A stretch of 41,268 nucleotides of DNA from the IMG/VR virus record IMGVR_UViG_3300036859_000155, positions 1 through 41,268 of that record; one strand, written 5' to 3'. Source of the DNA: a virus. Taxonomy: Duplodnaviria; Caudoviricetes. A program made the position numbers and the translations under genes. How positions within the stretch are numbered: position 1 is the first letter of the stretch; each line of letters starts with the position of its first letter. The notes beneath the pieces were generated by a model. The model saw only the letters and a list, made by a program, of their open reading frames with translations, ran no database searches and was not told where the DNA came from. Positions 5,288-15,283 of the stretch are shown here, one piece after another.

Positions 5288-7186
5288 TTGGCAAGACCCA
5301 CGATAGAGGAAATGAACCGGATCAAGTCGGAGCGCCAGCGCGACCGGCAAGAGATGGTGATTGCCCGCAAGATCGCCTCTCCCCGTTCCCCTATCTCCGC
5401 CCTGGTCAAGGACATCGTTTCCGAGCGCACGTTCACGAACTGGATGCAGTACCCGGATTTCAAGGAGCGCTACCTCGCTGCCGGGGAAGCCCAGGTACCG
5501 GAGGATCGTCGTCTTGGTGATCCCAGCGCGAAGTTGGACTTTGTGGCGTTCCGACGAATAGTGCTCGGCCGACATACCTTCCCCCACCAGCAAGAATGGA
5601 TCAACTGGTTCAACACCGACGCGAACGATCACATCCTCATTCTCTGCCCCCCGGAGTCCTCCAAGACCTCGGTGGTGCTTGACTATATTCTCTATCTGAT
5701 CTACCTGGACCCGAACATCAAGGTTGGCTACGCCTCGAAAGCCCTTCCTCACTCCATCAAGCAGGTTTCCAAGGTCAAGAACATCATCGAGCAGAACGCG
5801 GCTCTGCGGAACCTATGCGGGGAGATGGTTCCCCAGTCCGGCGACCCGCACCCCTGGCGAGATACCTACTTCACGGTGCGCCTGCGTTCCTGGACCGCAG
5901 GTCAGGACGAGGCCGACTACACCCTCGCCGCTTTCGGCGCGGGGTCGCAGATTACGGGTTCCCGGTTCGACCTCCTGGTTTTCGATGACCCCGACGACGT
6001 GAACATCGGACCTGCCGACCGGGAGAAAATCTGGAATGTCATTCTCCAGGCAGGAGAAACTCGCTTGGGAACCTCCGGCCGGATGATCGTCATTGGGAAC
6101 CGCCAGGATGACGAGGATGTGTACCGCCGCATCCTGGAGCAGTGGCAGGAGGAACCTTCCCTGTGGGCGGTCTACACACAGAAGGCAATTCTGCGGGAGC
6201 CGGGGGCAGGCTGGCCCCAGGATGCCCATTCCGAGCCCCCAATTGTCTTCTGGCCGGAGAAATTCGGGCTTGACAGGAAAGATAGGGCCTCACAGAAGAA
6301 CGTCCGTCCTGACGGACTCTGGACGCTTGAGAGGGCTTTTGAGTTCTTCGACCGGAAGCGTCGTCGCCTGGGCCACAGATTCCATCTTGTTTATCAGAAC
6401 GATCCCCAAGGGGACCGGGAGAAAGACTTCACGAGGGAGATGGTGGATCGTGCGCTCGACAGTGGTGAAATTGTTGGTAAAGTCCCAGCGGGAAGTCTGG
6501 TTGTCTGCGCCCTTGACCCGGCTCCTTCTGGCGGCGCGGCGGTGCTCGTGTACGCCGTGTGTCCTCCTGACAAGGATGGTCGCATACGCCGAAAGGTCGT
6601 TGATTTCGAGTATGGCTCCAACTGGCGTCACACCGGCCATGTTGAGAGAATCAAGCGATTCGGCGAGCAGTACCATCCTCGCTGGTGGGTGATCGAGCGA
6701 AGCGCGACCTCCAAGCTCTTTCTTCAAGACAAGCATATTCTGGACATGATCGCAGGTCAAGGGGCATGGCTCTATGACTTGACCACCACGGCCAACAAGG
6801 AATCGGGGGACTTCGCCGTCAGCAGCCTCCGCGAGTTGTTCCTGGGCGACCCTACCCCGGTCATCCTTCCCGGCGCTACCGCGCTCGACAAGGATCGTAC
6901 CAAGGCCCTCAGGGATCAGTTGGTGGACTACTATCCCGGCACCACCGCGCCCCATGACGGCCCGATGGCCCTGTGGTTCGCCGAACGCTGCGTCCGAGAC
7001 AAGGGCCTAGCTAATCAGATTCGCCGTCGAAACGTCGGACAGAAGATGGCTGGGTTTAAGTCCTCCTATGGCGGGGAATGGAAGGGTGGGGCCTGGAGTA
7101 TGGCAAAACCGGGTTCCAACCCTATCATACCTGGAAATATGGTAGAATCTTCCAGTGGTGAACCAATCAAGATCACTCCGAGGTAG
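5288..7186 (+). CDS. terL: Terminase large subunit
   Basis: Q motif FPHQQ, Walker A-like PPESSKT, Walker B GSRFDLLVFDD, coupling motif IGN, nuclease ALDPA...HDGPMA. Confidence 0.9.
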   Translation: MARPTIEEMNRIKSERQRDRQEMVIARKIASPRSPISALVKDIVSERTFTNWMQYPDFKERYLAAGEAQVPEDRRLGDPSAKLDFVAFRRIVLGRHTFPHQQEWINWFNTDANDHILILCPPESSKTSVVLDYILYLIYLDPNIKVGYASKALPHSIKQVSKVKNIIEQNAALRNLCGEMVPQSGDPHPWRDTYFTVRLRSWTAGQDEADYTLAAFGAGSQITGSRFDLLVFDDPDDVNIGPADREKIWNVILQAGETRLGTSGRMIVIGNRQDDEDVYRRILEQWQEEPSLWAVYTQKAILREPGAGWPQDAHSEPPIVFWPEKFGLDRKDRASQKNVRPDGLWTLERAFEFFDRKRRRLGHRFHLVYQNDPQGDREKDFTREMVDRALDSGEIVGKVPAGSLVVCALDPAPSGGAAVLVYAVCPPDKDGRIRRKVVDFEYGSNWRHTGHVERIKRFGEQYHPRWWVIERSATSKLFLQDKHILDMIAGQGAWLYDLTTTANKESGDFAVSSLRELFLGDPTPVILPGATALDKDRTKALRDQLVDYYPGTTAPHDGPMALWFAERCVRDKGLANQIRRRNVGQKMAGFKSSYGGEWKGGAWSMAKPGSNPIIPGNMVESSSGEPIKITPR

Positions 7187-7188
7187 GT

Positions 7189-7602
7189 ATGGCTAAGCGC
7201 CCTAAGTGTCAGCGCTGTGGAACCGACCAGGAGGTTTACTGGAACAGGATTAGACGGTGTTGGCAATTGTGTCGCCCATGTAATTCTCTTCGGGGGAAGG
7301 AATATAGATCCCGCAAGCGTTCCGAGGGGATTGTTGTGGGGTCGGAGTGGGCGCGGTGGAATGGAAGAAAAAAACTTGGGGTAAGCAAGGAAGAATTCTT
7401 GCGGTTGCTGGGTGAGCAGGGCAGCCTTTGTGCTATCTGCGGTGCATGGATTGATGAATCTGCTCACGTAGACCACGATCACGAGTCTGGAACGGTACGC
7501 GGACTCCTCTGTCGGGCCTGCAACGTTGGCCTAGGGCAATTCGGAGATGATCCGAAGAGGCTCGTTCTTGCAGCCGAGTACCTGCTGCGTCCGAGGGGGT
7601 GA
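7189..7602 (+). CDS. Endonuclease VII-family (homing-type) nuclease
   Basis: CAICG...HVDHDHESGTVRGLLCRACNVGLG. Confidence 0.92.
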   Translation: MAKRPKCQRCGTDQEVYWNRIRRCWQLCRPCNSLRGKEYRSRKRSEGIVVGSEWARWNGRKKLGVSKEEFLRLLGEQGSLCAICGAWIDESAHVDHDHESGTVRGLLCRACNVGLGQFGDDPKRLVLAAEYLLRPRG

Positions 7603-7607
7603 GGCCC

Positions 7608-9449
7608 ATGACTTCTCGTCCAACCGTGCGCGATGTGGTAGAAGCAAGAGAATCGCGCAAGTACGAGGAGTTCTGACGCTTCATCCTTGATGCCTGGAGT
7701 ACCCGCAGAGAATATCTCAATGAGTGGCACAACAGGCTCCGCAAGCTAGACGCCTTTATCGTCGGTGATTGGGCGGTAGAGTTTCCCGATGGACGTATCG
7801 TGCGGGATCGCCCAAAGACCGAGAATCGCGTCGTCACCAAGATTGAGGACACCGGCTCCCTGGCGGGGTCCATGCTTCCCACGATCCGCGTGGAGCCCAT
7901 CAACGAGCGGGACTACACCAACGCGGAGATGCGCGAGCGAGTGCTTCAGTATTACTGGCAACTCAGCGACATGAAGTTGATCCTGCCGCGGATGTTCATG
8001 GATATGATTGGCACTGGGCTTTGTGCCTTGCTGGTGTGGCCGGACTTTTCCAAAGATCGGGACGTGCGCTTCCCCCTCTTCCGTCGCATCGACCCCAGGT
8101 TCCTTCTGCCGCCGCTCGACTACGTGATTGAGGGTACCCTGGAACCACATGACGTGATAACGCATCGCAGCGTGAAGCTCCGCAACTTGGCGCGAGACTA
8201 CCCGGAGCAATCGGCGACGCTCACCGCGCTCGCCACGAAGATCGCCACCAAGAACACAAGCCGCAAGAACCAGGGCATCATCGTAGACACGTCGCAGGTG
8301 CTCGTAGTCGAGTATTGGGGCCGCGACGCCATCATGCGCCTCGCGCTCGTAGAGAACTTCCCCGAGACGGCCGTTATTTTGGAGAACGAATACAACGCCA
8401 CGGATTGCTGTCCCGTAACGCTCGGAGTGCGCCCAACGTCAGACGGGCGCATCCGTGGCAAAGTGGAACACATGATGCCTCAGCTTGCCGCTGAGAACCG
8501 ACTCTTGACCTACGTTCTGGATTACACCGATCAGGCTGTGTACGCGCCTCTCGCCAAGAAAGGCACGGTTGTCAACGCAGAGGACTTCGGCCCGAACGCG
8601 ATCATTGATTTGGGGCCTGACGGTGAACTGACTCGTGTGCCTCCGGCCGTGATCCGCCCTGAGGTCTTCAAGATCATTCAAGACCTGGAGCGCCACAGCC
8701 GACGCCAGGGGAACATGCCCGAGGCGCGGGCCGGTGACGTATCGCAGAGTATCGGCTCCGCTGCCTTCGTGGAATCACTGATGGGTGGACTGACCACTGA
8801 GGTTCAGTCTCTCCAGGCGGTGATGGAGGTCTTGCTACGCAAGGGCAACGAGATTGCCCAGGTACAAGACAAGACTTACTGCGACGCTGAGAACAAGATC
8901 GTGTACGGATTGGCGAAGGGTGGTTCCTACCGCGAGAAATACACGCCCTCCGTGCTCTTCAAGGACATCTCGAACTTTGTGAGCTACGGAGCAGGCCAGG
9001 GGCTCGACAAGTTCAACGCCGAGATTCGTATTTCCAATCGTCAGAAGATGGGCTATGTCTCGGAGCGTTGGGTACGCGAGAATCTGGACGGAGTGGAGAA
9101 CGTGACCCAGCAGGAGCGCCAGATCATCGAGGAGGCCATGCTGAAAGCGATGTTGTCTGGCCTCTTTGCGCAGGCACAACAGGCTGGCAACATCGCGCCC
9201 GTGGCCGAGTTCTACAAGGTTCTCCAGAAGGAAGAGAACCCACTCGTGGCGCTTGACGCGGTGGTTGCTGCGTCGGTGCCCCTCCAGGGGGTTCCTGGTC
9301 CTGAAGCGGCGATGGCAGGCGCTAATCCTGCCGCCGAAGCAGCCTCCCTACGCAAGGGTGGCATTGTAGGAAACGCGGCTGGGTTGCCGCCTCCCGCGGG
9401 GGCTCCACCTAAGCAGTTGCCGCAGTTGTCGCAGGTTCTCGCAGGTTAA
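7608..9449 (+). CDS. Portal protein, with in-frame TGA at 7674-7676
   Basis: Follows TerL; helical ~600 aa; ATG 7608 with RBS is in frame with the 7800-9449 ORF, interrupted by one TGA at codon 23. Confidence 0.8.
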
Positions 9450-9481
9450 TGTGGTAGAATTCACAGGAGAGGAGGGAAAAC

Positions 9482-9787
9482 ATGGCTAGCGAAATGGGAT
9501 ACCCGGATTCAGTAGATCGTGACGCAGGCGCTCACGGCCCCGACAGCCAAGAGGACAACAGTTCTCAAACGTCGGCGAACACCAGCGCAGGCGAGGGCCT
9601 GAAGCACATGGGTCCGGCTCGCACAGAGTTCGCGGCACCAGGTCACGCTGGGCGCTCGGAGACGACCACGCCCATCGGCCCGCAGTCCGGCTTTGCGCCG
9701 CTCGGAGAAGAGAAGGCTCCGCACGGTAGCGGCGAATACACCGGCGACGAGTCTAACTATCGCCAGGAATGGGGATCGAAGGTCTAA
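9482..9787 (+). CDS. Small acidic disordered protein
   Basis: RBS ggaggg; promoter TGTGGTAGAAT at ~9450. Confidence 0.75.
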   Translation: MASEMGYPDSVDRDAGAHGPDSQEDNSSQTSANTSAGEGLKHMGPARTEFAAPGHAGRSETTTPIGPQSGFAPLGEEKAPHGSGEYTGDESNYRQEWGSKV

Positions 9788-9807
9788 CCAGGAGGTAGGC
9801 TAGTATC

Positions 9808-10212
9808 ATGCCGACTCCCGATGTTACTCCCCACGGACTTCCATATGGGGCAGAGAAGGCACAGCAGGAATTCCAGCAGGCGTCGAATGCGCCTGCGCTT
9901 CAGCCTACTGTAGCCCAACTCGCGGCAGAGAAAACCGGCCGTCAGGTTCCGGCTCTCGCGCCACAACTCGAAGAGAGCGGGCTCCCGCCCGACATGCTCC
10001 GCCCGCCCTCGTTAGAGATGGAGGGACTGGGCAACCTGGGAGACGCACTCTTCGCTCCAACCGACCGCCCTTACGAAAGCCAAACCGCGGGCATCGGACT
10101 CCCTACCGGCCGCGAGCGTCTGTCGGACGTGCTGTACGACATGGCCTCGCGAGCGAACTTTGCCCCCGACATCATGGCGCTTGCAGAGCAAGCAGAAGTG
10201 TTTGGATTCTAA
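9808..10212 (+). CDS. Probable virion/internal protein
   Basis: RBS aggaggt; Pro/Gln-rich; motifs GLPYG and LFAPTDRP. Confidence 0.7.
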   Translation: MPTPDVTPHGLPYGAEKAQQEFQQASNAPALQPTVAQLAAEKTGRQVPALAPQLEESGLPPDMLRPPSLEMEGLGNLGDALFAPTDRPYESQTAGIGLPTGRERLSDVLYDMASRANFAPDIMALAEQAEVFGF

Positions 10213-13200
10213 TTGGACCCGAACGATCTGAAGGCTATCCTGACGGTAGCCCCCTACTCTAGCCCCGGCGTCGCATACGGGGCCGCTTCTTCGTCGTCCC
10301 CCGTTCGCAACATCGCCGCAGTGACAGCATTTCAGGAGGGCATGTACCTCCGAGATAAACTCTCGCGCCTCGACAACCGCCATCAGTTCTCCGCGTGGGA
10401 GTCCATGAATGAGGCCCAGCACAGCATTCTGCTTCGCATGGGTTACACCCCTCCCCATCTCCTGCCCGACCATCGCGCCTGGTGGCAGAAGACCCTTGGC
10501 GCTATCGGCGGTGGCATCAAGGCGGGTATCACCACCGCAGAGTCGGCCATAGCGGGAGCGGGGGGCGGAATCGCCGTCGGCACCACTCTTGCCGCTCTCG
10601 CGGCTGCTCCCTTTACGGGTGGGCTCTCCCTTGCCGTTGCTGCGGGGTTCGGCGCTGCCGCTGGCGCAGCAGTGGGTGGAGCTTATGGCGCCGCTCGCGG
10701 AATGCACAAGGTAGCGCAGGGCGAGGCGGGATATCTGTCCGGATTCGGTATTCCCTATGAAGACATGAAGCAGGTCTACCGTACCACCAAGTTGCTTGCT
10801 AGGGATGCCTCGGCTGGTAAGAACCTGTGGGACTGGTCGGTAGATGAGTGGGCGAAGAAGTGGCGACAGGCAGGCGACGACATTCCTGACTTTTTTGAAG
10901 ACCCGCATAAGGCGCTAGAAACTATGCGGATCGAGGTTGACCCCGAACAGGTAGACATGGCGGTTGACATGGTGGGCGGTTCAACCGAGTGGGACTTGTA
11001 CGGCAAGTACGGTATCGAAAAGACCCAGGCCGCATTCGGAAACCCGAACTTCGACAAGGCGTTCAAGGCCCTCTCGCAGATTCAGATTTCTCCCGGTCGA
11101 GGGTTGATGCTTGCGCTTGGACTGAAGCCCCTATCGAAGCCTTTCGACTTGCTCTCCGGTTCGATAGACGGCACCCTGGCTTTCTTCGCTGACCCCGGCA
11201 TGCGCGCAGACAAGGGCATCAAGGGAATCCAGGGACTCCGCGCTATGCGCCATGTTGTCAAGGACGCCTCCTCGGTAGACGTGATTATGAAGGGTGCCGC
11301 AGGACGCCGCAAGGCATTCCGTATCGCGCAGCACTTTCAAGAGGGAGGCCGGGGGCTCAACGGAGTCCTGGATGAGATGCCGGAACTGCGTGGTCTGGCC
11401 GACGACCTGCATAAGTACCGTCCCAACACCGCCGAAAAGGTTGTCGAACTTCTGAAGATGAATGCTGGCCTGACGGCGGTTCTGGATGGTCGCTCCGCAA
11501 ATCAGATTGCTCGCCTGACGCACTTGCCCACACTGTCACGCATGAAGCAGTTCCAGGTTGCCGTGCGCCAGGGATGGATCAGGGGATTCGAGAAACTAGA
11601 GAAGGCGACAGCGGAGATTCCCGTTCTAAGTAAGGCCGCCAAGGCTCCTCGCCGTCTGACCTACCTAATTCACGTCGGCACCGAGATTCCCCGCGACAAC
11701 GCTCCTGCGACAGTCGAACGACTGAAGGCGCTGCTCCGCATCGGCACCACGCAGGAGACAGAAGACAAGATCGTGATGGCCTGGTTCGATGCTACTGCCG
11801 CGGGCAAGGAAGACATCGTTGAGGGTGCGATTCGTTCGGCTGAGGCCAGCCTGGGACACAACCGGGAGATTGGTTCATACCTCAGTGAGGTTCTGAACCG
11901 AATCAATCAGGACAGGGCACTTCGTAATGCGGGTATCGCCGGAGACGACCTGTCGTCGGTCAGCATGAAGGGCGCTCGCAGGCGCAACCTGCCGACCACC
12001 GAGAAGGAAATCTCCGGGCCTATCCAGATTCCGAGCTTCCGCGCCATGCTGAAAGCGCATCGAGAGGTTGCCGCGTGGCGGCAGGTGAAAGGAATCCGCA
12101 GCCTGCCCTGGGGCCTGACCGACAGGCTGATTCAGGGCGTGTGGAAGCCGGTCGTGTTGTTGCGTCTAGGATTTCCGCTGCGCGTCGGTGGAGAAGAGGC
12201 CACCCGCGCCATCCTGGAAATCGGTATTGGTCGGTATGCTCGCGCTCGCCTCGCGGGAACGGCCATGAAACGCATGGCTTACCTCGCTAAGAGGCTGAAT
12301 GTCTCGGAATCCGAGGCAACCTTCCTGTCCTGGGTCGCGGATAAGACTTCTACCGCCGTGGGAGGCTTGGCTTATGGCCTAGCGGGAGAGTCCTACATCA
12401 AGGCGGCGAAGACGGCCGCTGAGATGTTCGGCTATGACAAGCTTACTGCTCCAATGATCCGCGCAGGTCGCGACGCCGCAGGTTTCCTGGATCGGGGCGA
12501 GTCGGTGATGGTTCGAATCGCTCGCGGCGATGGTGAATATGACTACGCGCGCATGAACCCCACCAAGCGACGCAAGGGCTACATGCCCGGCGATCAACTC
12601 CACACCTACATCCGCCAGCGCGAACTCGCTTTCCATGTGGACGAGCCCTCCATGCAGATCGTCCTGCGGAACGTGGATGACCGGGAGCGGGGGGTTCGTG
12701 AACTCACCGAGTACCTGGGCCACCAGGATCAGGTAGGACTGCGGGACATCGCCGACCGTTCACGACTGACCGCCTATGGCAAGCGTGTCGGGGTGGACAT
12801 TACGCCGGAGGGGGCGCTGCGCGATTGGGCCGAGCACCTATACGACTCGCAGTATAGCCTCCTCCAGGGTGACATCGGTGTTGTCCAACAGGAGATAGTG
12901 GACTCGCTTCGCAAGGGCATCGTGCCGAGCTACGAAGAACTGGAGAAGCTGGGCGGCGGTGCGGTCTACGGTCAGGAGATGATCCCGGTGAAGTCCTCCT
13001 CGTGGGAGGAGATTGTCAACCGGGGGTTCGGCCCGCTCGAGCGCATCATCAACTGGATCGCCCGCGAGCCTATCTTCATTCACGAGTTGGCCGTGGCGCA
13101 GAATGAACTGCGCCCGATTCTCGGAATGCTCCAGGGCGTCACCGCCGCCGAAGAGAAGAAAGGCTTCCTGGCGAATCCAAAGGTCGTCCCCTCAAAGAAC

Positions 13201-15279
13201 GTGTGGTTCCACGGCAGCAGGCGGGAGTTCGAGCAGTTCGCCACAAAGGGTTACCAGTTCCCTACCGGCCCCGGATTGCGTCGTCACGCCAGCGGTGACG
13301 ACATGAATGCTCTCCTCGGGGCGCACTTCACCGACGAGTACGACGTTGCTGCTGAGTTTGGAAACATAGAAGACATCCGGGGTGCGCGCTTGTCTATCGC
13401 CAGGCCGCGTATCTATCTCTCGGAGAATGCGCTCACGAACGAACTCTATCAATTCGGCAGGGACAGGGGTTATGTCTCCAAGAAGGGAGAAATCCTGCCC
13501 GAGGTTAGCGGTGTTGGTGGTGCTGATTGGAAATTCCAAGAGATGAAGATGCATGGACTCGGGGGTGAACAGAAAGAACGTCTGGCGCGCGAGTTCGTGA
13601 CACATCTGGAGTCCCGTGGATACGATGGCATACTCTACAAGAACGACGTGGAGGGCGGAAACGCCGCTATCGTCTTTCATACCCGCCAGATCAAGTCCCC
13701 CGTCAACCATCTCCCCCTGTTCGACGCTGAGCGGGTGGCCAACGAGCGCGCTGTGGAGTTGGCCTGGCAGAGGATGTATCCCTTCATCCACCGTACCGAG
13801 ATTCGCTCACAGGCAGCGGTGGCGCTGAGGAACTGGATGCCGTTCTACCACGCCCACCAGCAGTGGTTGATCCGTTGGGGCAAGACCTTCCTGCGTACCC
13901 CAACCGCTGCACGCAGAGCGCAACTCTACATGATGGGCCTGCGACACGCGGGCGTGATCCATCGTGACGAGGAGACGGGCGAGGAATACTTCATCTATCC
14001 GATGACCGGCTTCGTCCAGACGGTCTTGGAGAAGGCCGCGAGCACAATCACGGGACGTGACGTGAGTCTTCCGGTTCCGGTTCGACTCACCGGACGGGTC
14101 AAGATGCTCACGCCGGGACTCCACGGCCCGCTGGGTGGCATCGCGCCCTCGTTCGGTCCATTGATGGCCGTCTCGACGCATATGATGAAGGTTCGCTTCC
14201 CTGAGTTCTCCGCCCAGCTAGAAGAGGCAGCAGAGCAGCGCAAGGTTCCCCTGTGGGAACAGCTTGTGCCAACTACCCTTACGCGATTGGTCAAGACCTT
14301 CTTCGCCGATGCCGACAAAGACGCTCAGTTGATGTCGGCCATCAACCAAGCACAACTCTACCTGGAGGCTAACGGTCAGGGACTCAAAGAGAACCCCACG
14401 CCGAATGAGAAAGACGAGTACCAGAGTCGCGTTCAGACCTGGGGGCGTTCATTCCTGCTGCTGCGCGCCATCTATGGATTCGTTGGTCCCGCTGCGCCGC
14501 AGCCCGAGTTTCACGCAAACCTGGCGAAGGACTTTCAGCGTCTCCTGCGAGTCATGCCCTACGAGGATGCGCTCGGTGAGTTCATTCGCCGCAACCCGGA
14601 TGGCACTCCCTGGACAGTCTTCCCCACGGAGAGTCTGACTGACCGCGTGCTGAATCCCGACGCGCAGGTGGGTAAGTGGCTGCGCTCCAATAAGGCGCTT
14701 CTCGGGAAGTACGGTGCTGCTGCTGCTTGGCTGATTCCTCCCACCCAGGACAAGTTCGACTACAATACCTACCTAGAGGAATTCGCTGTCGGCCTGCGCC
14801 GTCGCCGTACACCCGAGGAACTCTGGAAGGCGGTCAAGGTTCGAGTGGCCTCGGAGAAATACTTCCCCGTGCGCGACGAGCGAGACGCGGCTCTGGCCGG
14901 GGCGCAGAACGCCTCCCAGCGCCGATTCATCATGGACGCCTGGGATGCCTGGAAGACCGGGTTCTTCAATACCCACCCCATCTTTGCCGAATATCTGACC
15001 TCCGGTGGCGAACGCGCACGCCAGCGCAACGAGCAGATCGAGAGTGTCAGGCAGATGTTGGTAGACCCCAAAGTCCCCAATGTCTACAAGTCCCCGCTGC
15101 TTCCTGTGCTAGAGGCGTATAATCTGTACCAGCAGGCTGTGGCTGACCTGGGGCGCACCGACGCGGAGCGGAAATACAAGCAGCAAGTTCGCACCGCGCT
15201 GATGGCCTGGGGGGCTTCGCTCGACAACGATGTGTCGAGACAGTTCTTTCGGGCATTGATCCTACCAGACCTGGAGTAA
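10213..15279 (+). CDS. Large internal virion/ejection-type protein with ADP-ribosyltransferase-like insert
   Basis: 1688 aa; N-terminal Gly/Ala hydrophobic hairpin; WFHGS...GAHFTD...GYDGI...IVF...QIKS at ~13198-13698. Confidence 0.75.
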   Translation: MDPNDLKAILTVAPYSSPGVAYGAASSSSPVRNIAAVTAFQEGMYLRDKLSRLDNRHQFSAWESMNEAQHSILLRMGYTPPHLLPDHRAWWQKTLGAIGGGIKAGITTAESAIAGAGGGIAVGTTLAALAAAPFTGGLSLAVAAGFGAAAGAAVGGAYGAARGMHKVAQGEAGYLSGFGIPYEDMKQVYRTTKLLARDASAGKNLWDWSVDEWAKKWRQAGDDIPDFFEDPHKALETMRIEVDPEQVDMAVDMVGGSTEWDLYGKYGIEKTQAAFGNPNFDKAFKALSQIQISPGRGLMLALGLKPLSKPFDLLSGSIDGTLAFFADPGMRADKGIKGIQGLRAMRHVVKDASSVDVIMKGAAGRRKAFRIAQHFQEGGRGLNGVLDEMPELRGLADDLHKYRPNTAEKVVELLKMNAGLTAVLDGRSANQIARLTHLPTLSRMKQFQVAVRQGWIRGFEKLEKATAEIPVLSKAAKAPRRLTYLIHVGTEIPRDNAPATVERLKALLRIGTTQETEDKIVMAWFDATAAGKEDIVEGAIRSAEASLGHNREIGSYLSEVLNRINQDRALRNAGIAGDDLSSVSMKGARRRNLPTTEKEISGPIQIPSFRAMLKAHREVAAWRQVKGIRSLPWGLTDRLIQGVWKPVVLLRLGFPLRVGGEEATRAILEIGIGRYARARLAGTAMKRMAYLAKRLNVSESEATFLSWVADKTSTAVGGLAYGLAGESYIKAAKTAAEMFGYDKLTAPMIRAGRDAAGFLDRGESVMVRIARGDGEYDYARMNPTKRRKGYMPGDQLHTYIRQRELAFHVDEPSMQIVLRNVDDRERGVRELTEYLGHQDQVGLRDIADRSRLTAYGKRVGVDITPEGALRDWAEHLYDSQYSLLQGDIGVVQQEIVDSLRKGIVPSYEELEKLGGGAVYGQEMIPVKSSSWEEIVNRGFGPLERIINWIAREPIFIHELAVAQNELRPILGMLQGVTAAEEKKGFLANPKVVPSKNVWFHGSRREFEQFATKGYQFPTGPGLRRHASGDDMNALLGAHFTDEYDVAAEFGNIEDIRGARLSIARPRIYLSENALTNELYQFGRDRGYVSKKGEILPEVSGVGGADWKFQEMKMHGLGGEQKERLAREFVTHLESRGYDGILYKNDVEGGNAAIVFHTRQIKSPVNHLPLFDAERVANERAVELAWQRMYPFIHRTEIRSQAAVALRNWMPFYHAHQQWLIRWGKTFLRTPTAARRAQLYMMGLRHAGVIHRDEETGEEYFIYPMTGFVQTVLEKAASTITGRDVSLPVPVRLTGRVKMLTPGLHGPLGGIAPSFGPLMAVSTHMMKVRFPEFSAQLEEAAEQRKVPLWEQLVPTTLTRLVKTFFADADKDAQLMSAINQAQLYLEANGQGLKENPTPNEKDEYQSRVQTWGRSFLLLRAIYGFVGPAAPQPEFHANLAKDFQRLLRVMPYEDALGEFIRRNPDGTPWTVFPTESLTDRVLNPDAQVGKWLRSNKALLGKYGAAAAWLIPPTQDKFDYNTYLEEFAVGLRRRRTPEELWKAVKVRVASEKYFPVRDERDAALAGAQNASQRRFIMDAWDAWKTGFFNTHPIFAEYLTSGGERARQRNEQIESVRQMLVDPKVPNVYKSPLLPVLEAYNLYQQAVADLGRTDAERKYKQQVRTALMAWGASLDNDVSRQFFRALILPDLE

Positions 15280-15283
15280 GAGC

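Noticed and set aside
7674-7710. Genome-wide UGA reassignment or selenocysteine at the portal TGA
   Set aside because: Many genes end in TGA with ATGA/GTGA coupling; only a weak hairpin follows the codon; no Sec tRNA or redox context.
10213-15279. Tape measure protein
   Set aside because: It lies before the capsid gene, with no tail tube or chaperone frameshift pair and no tape-measure periodicity; it fits an ejection-type protein better.
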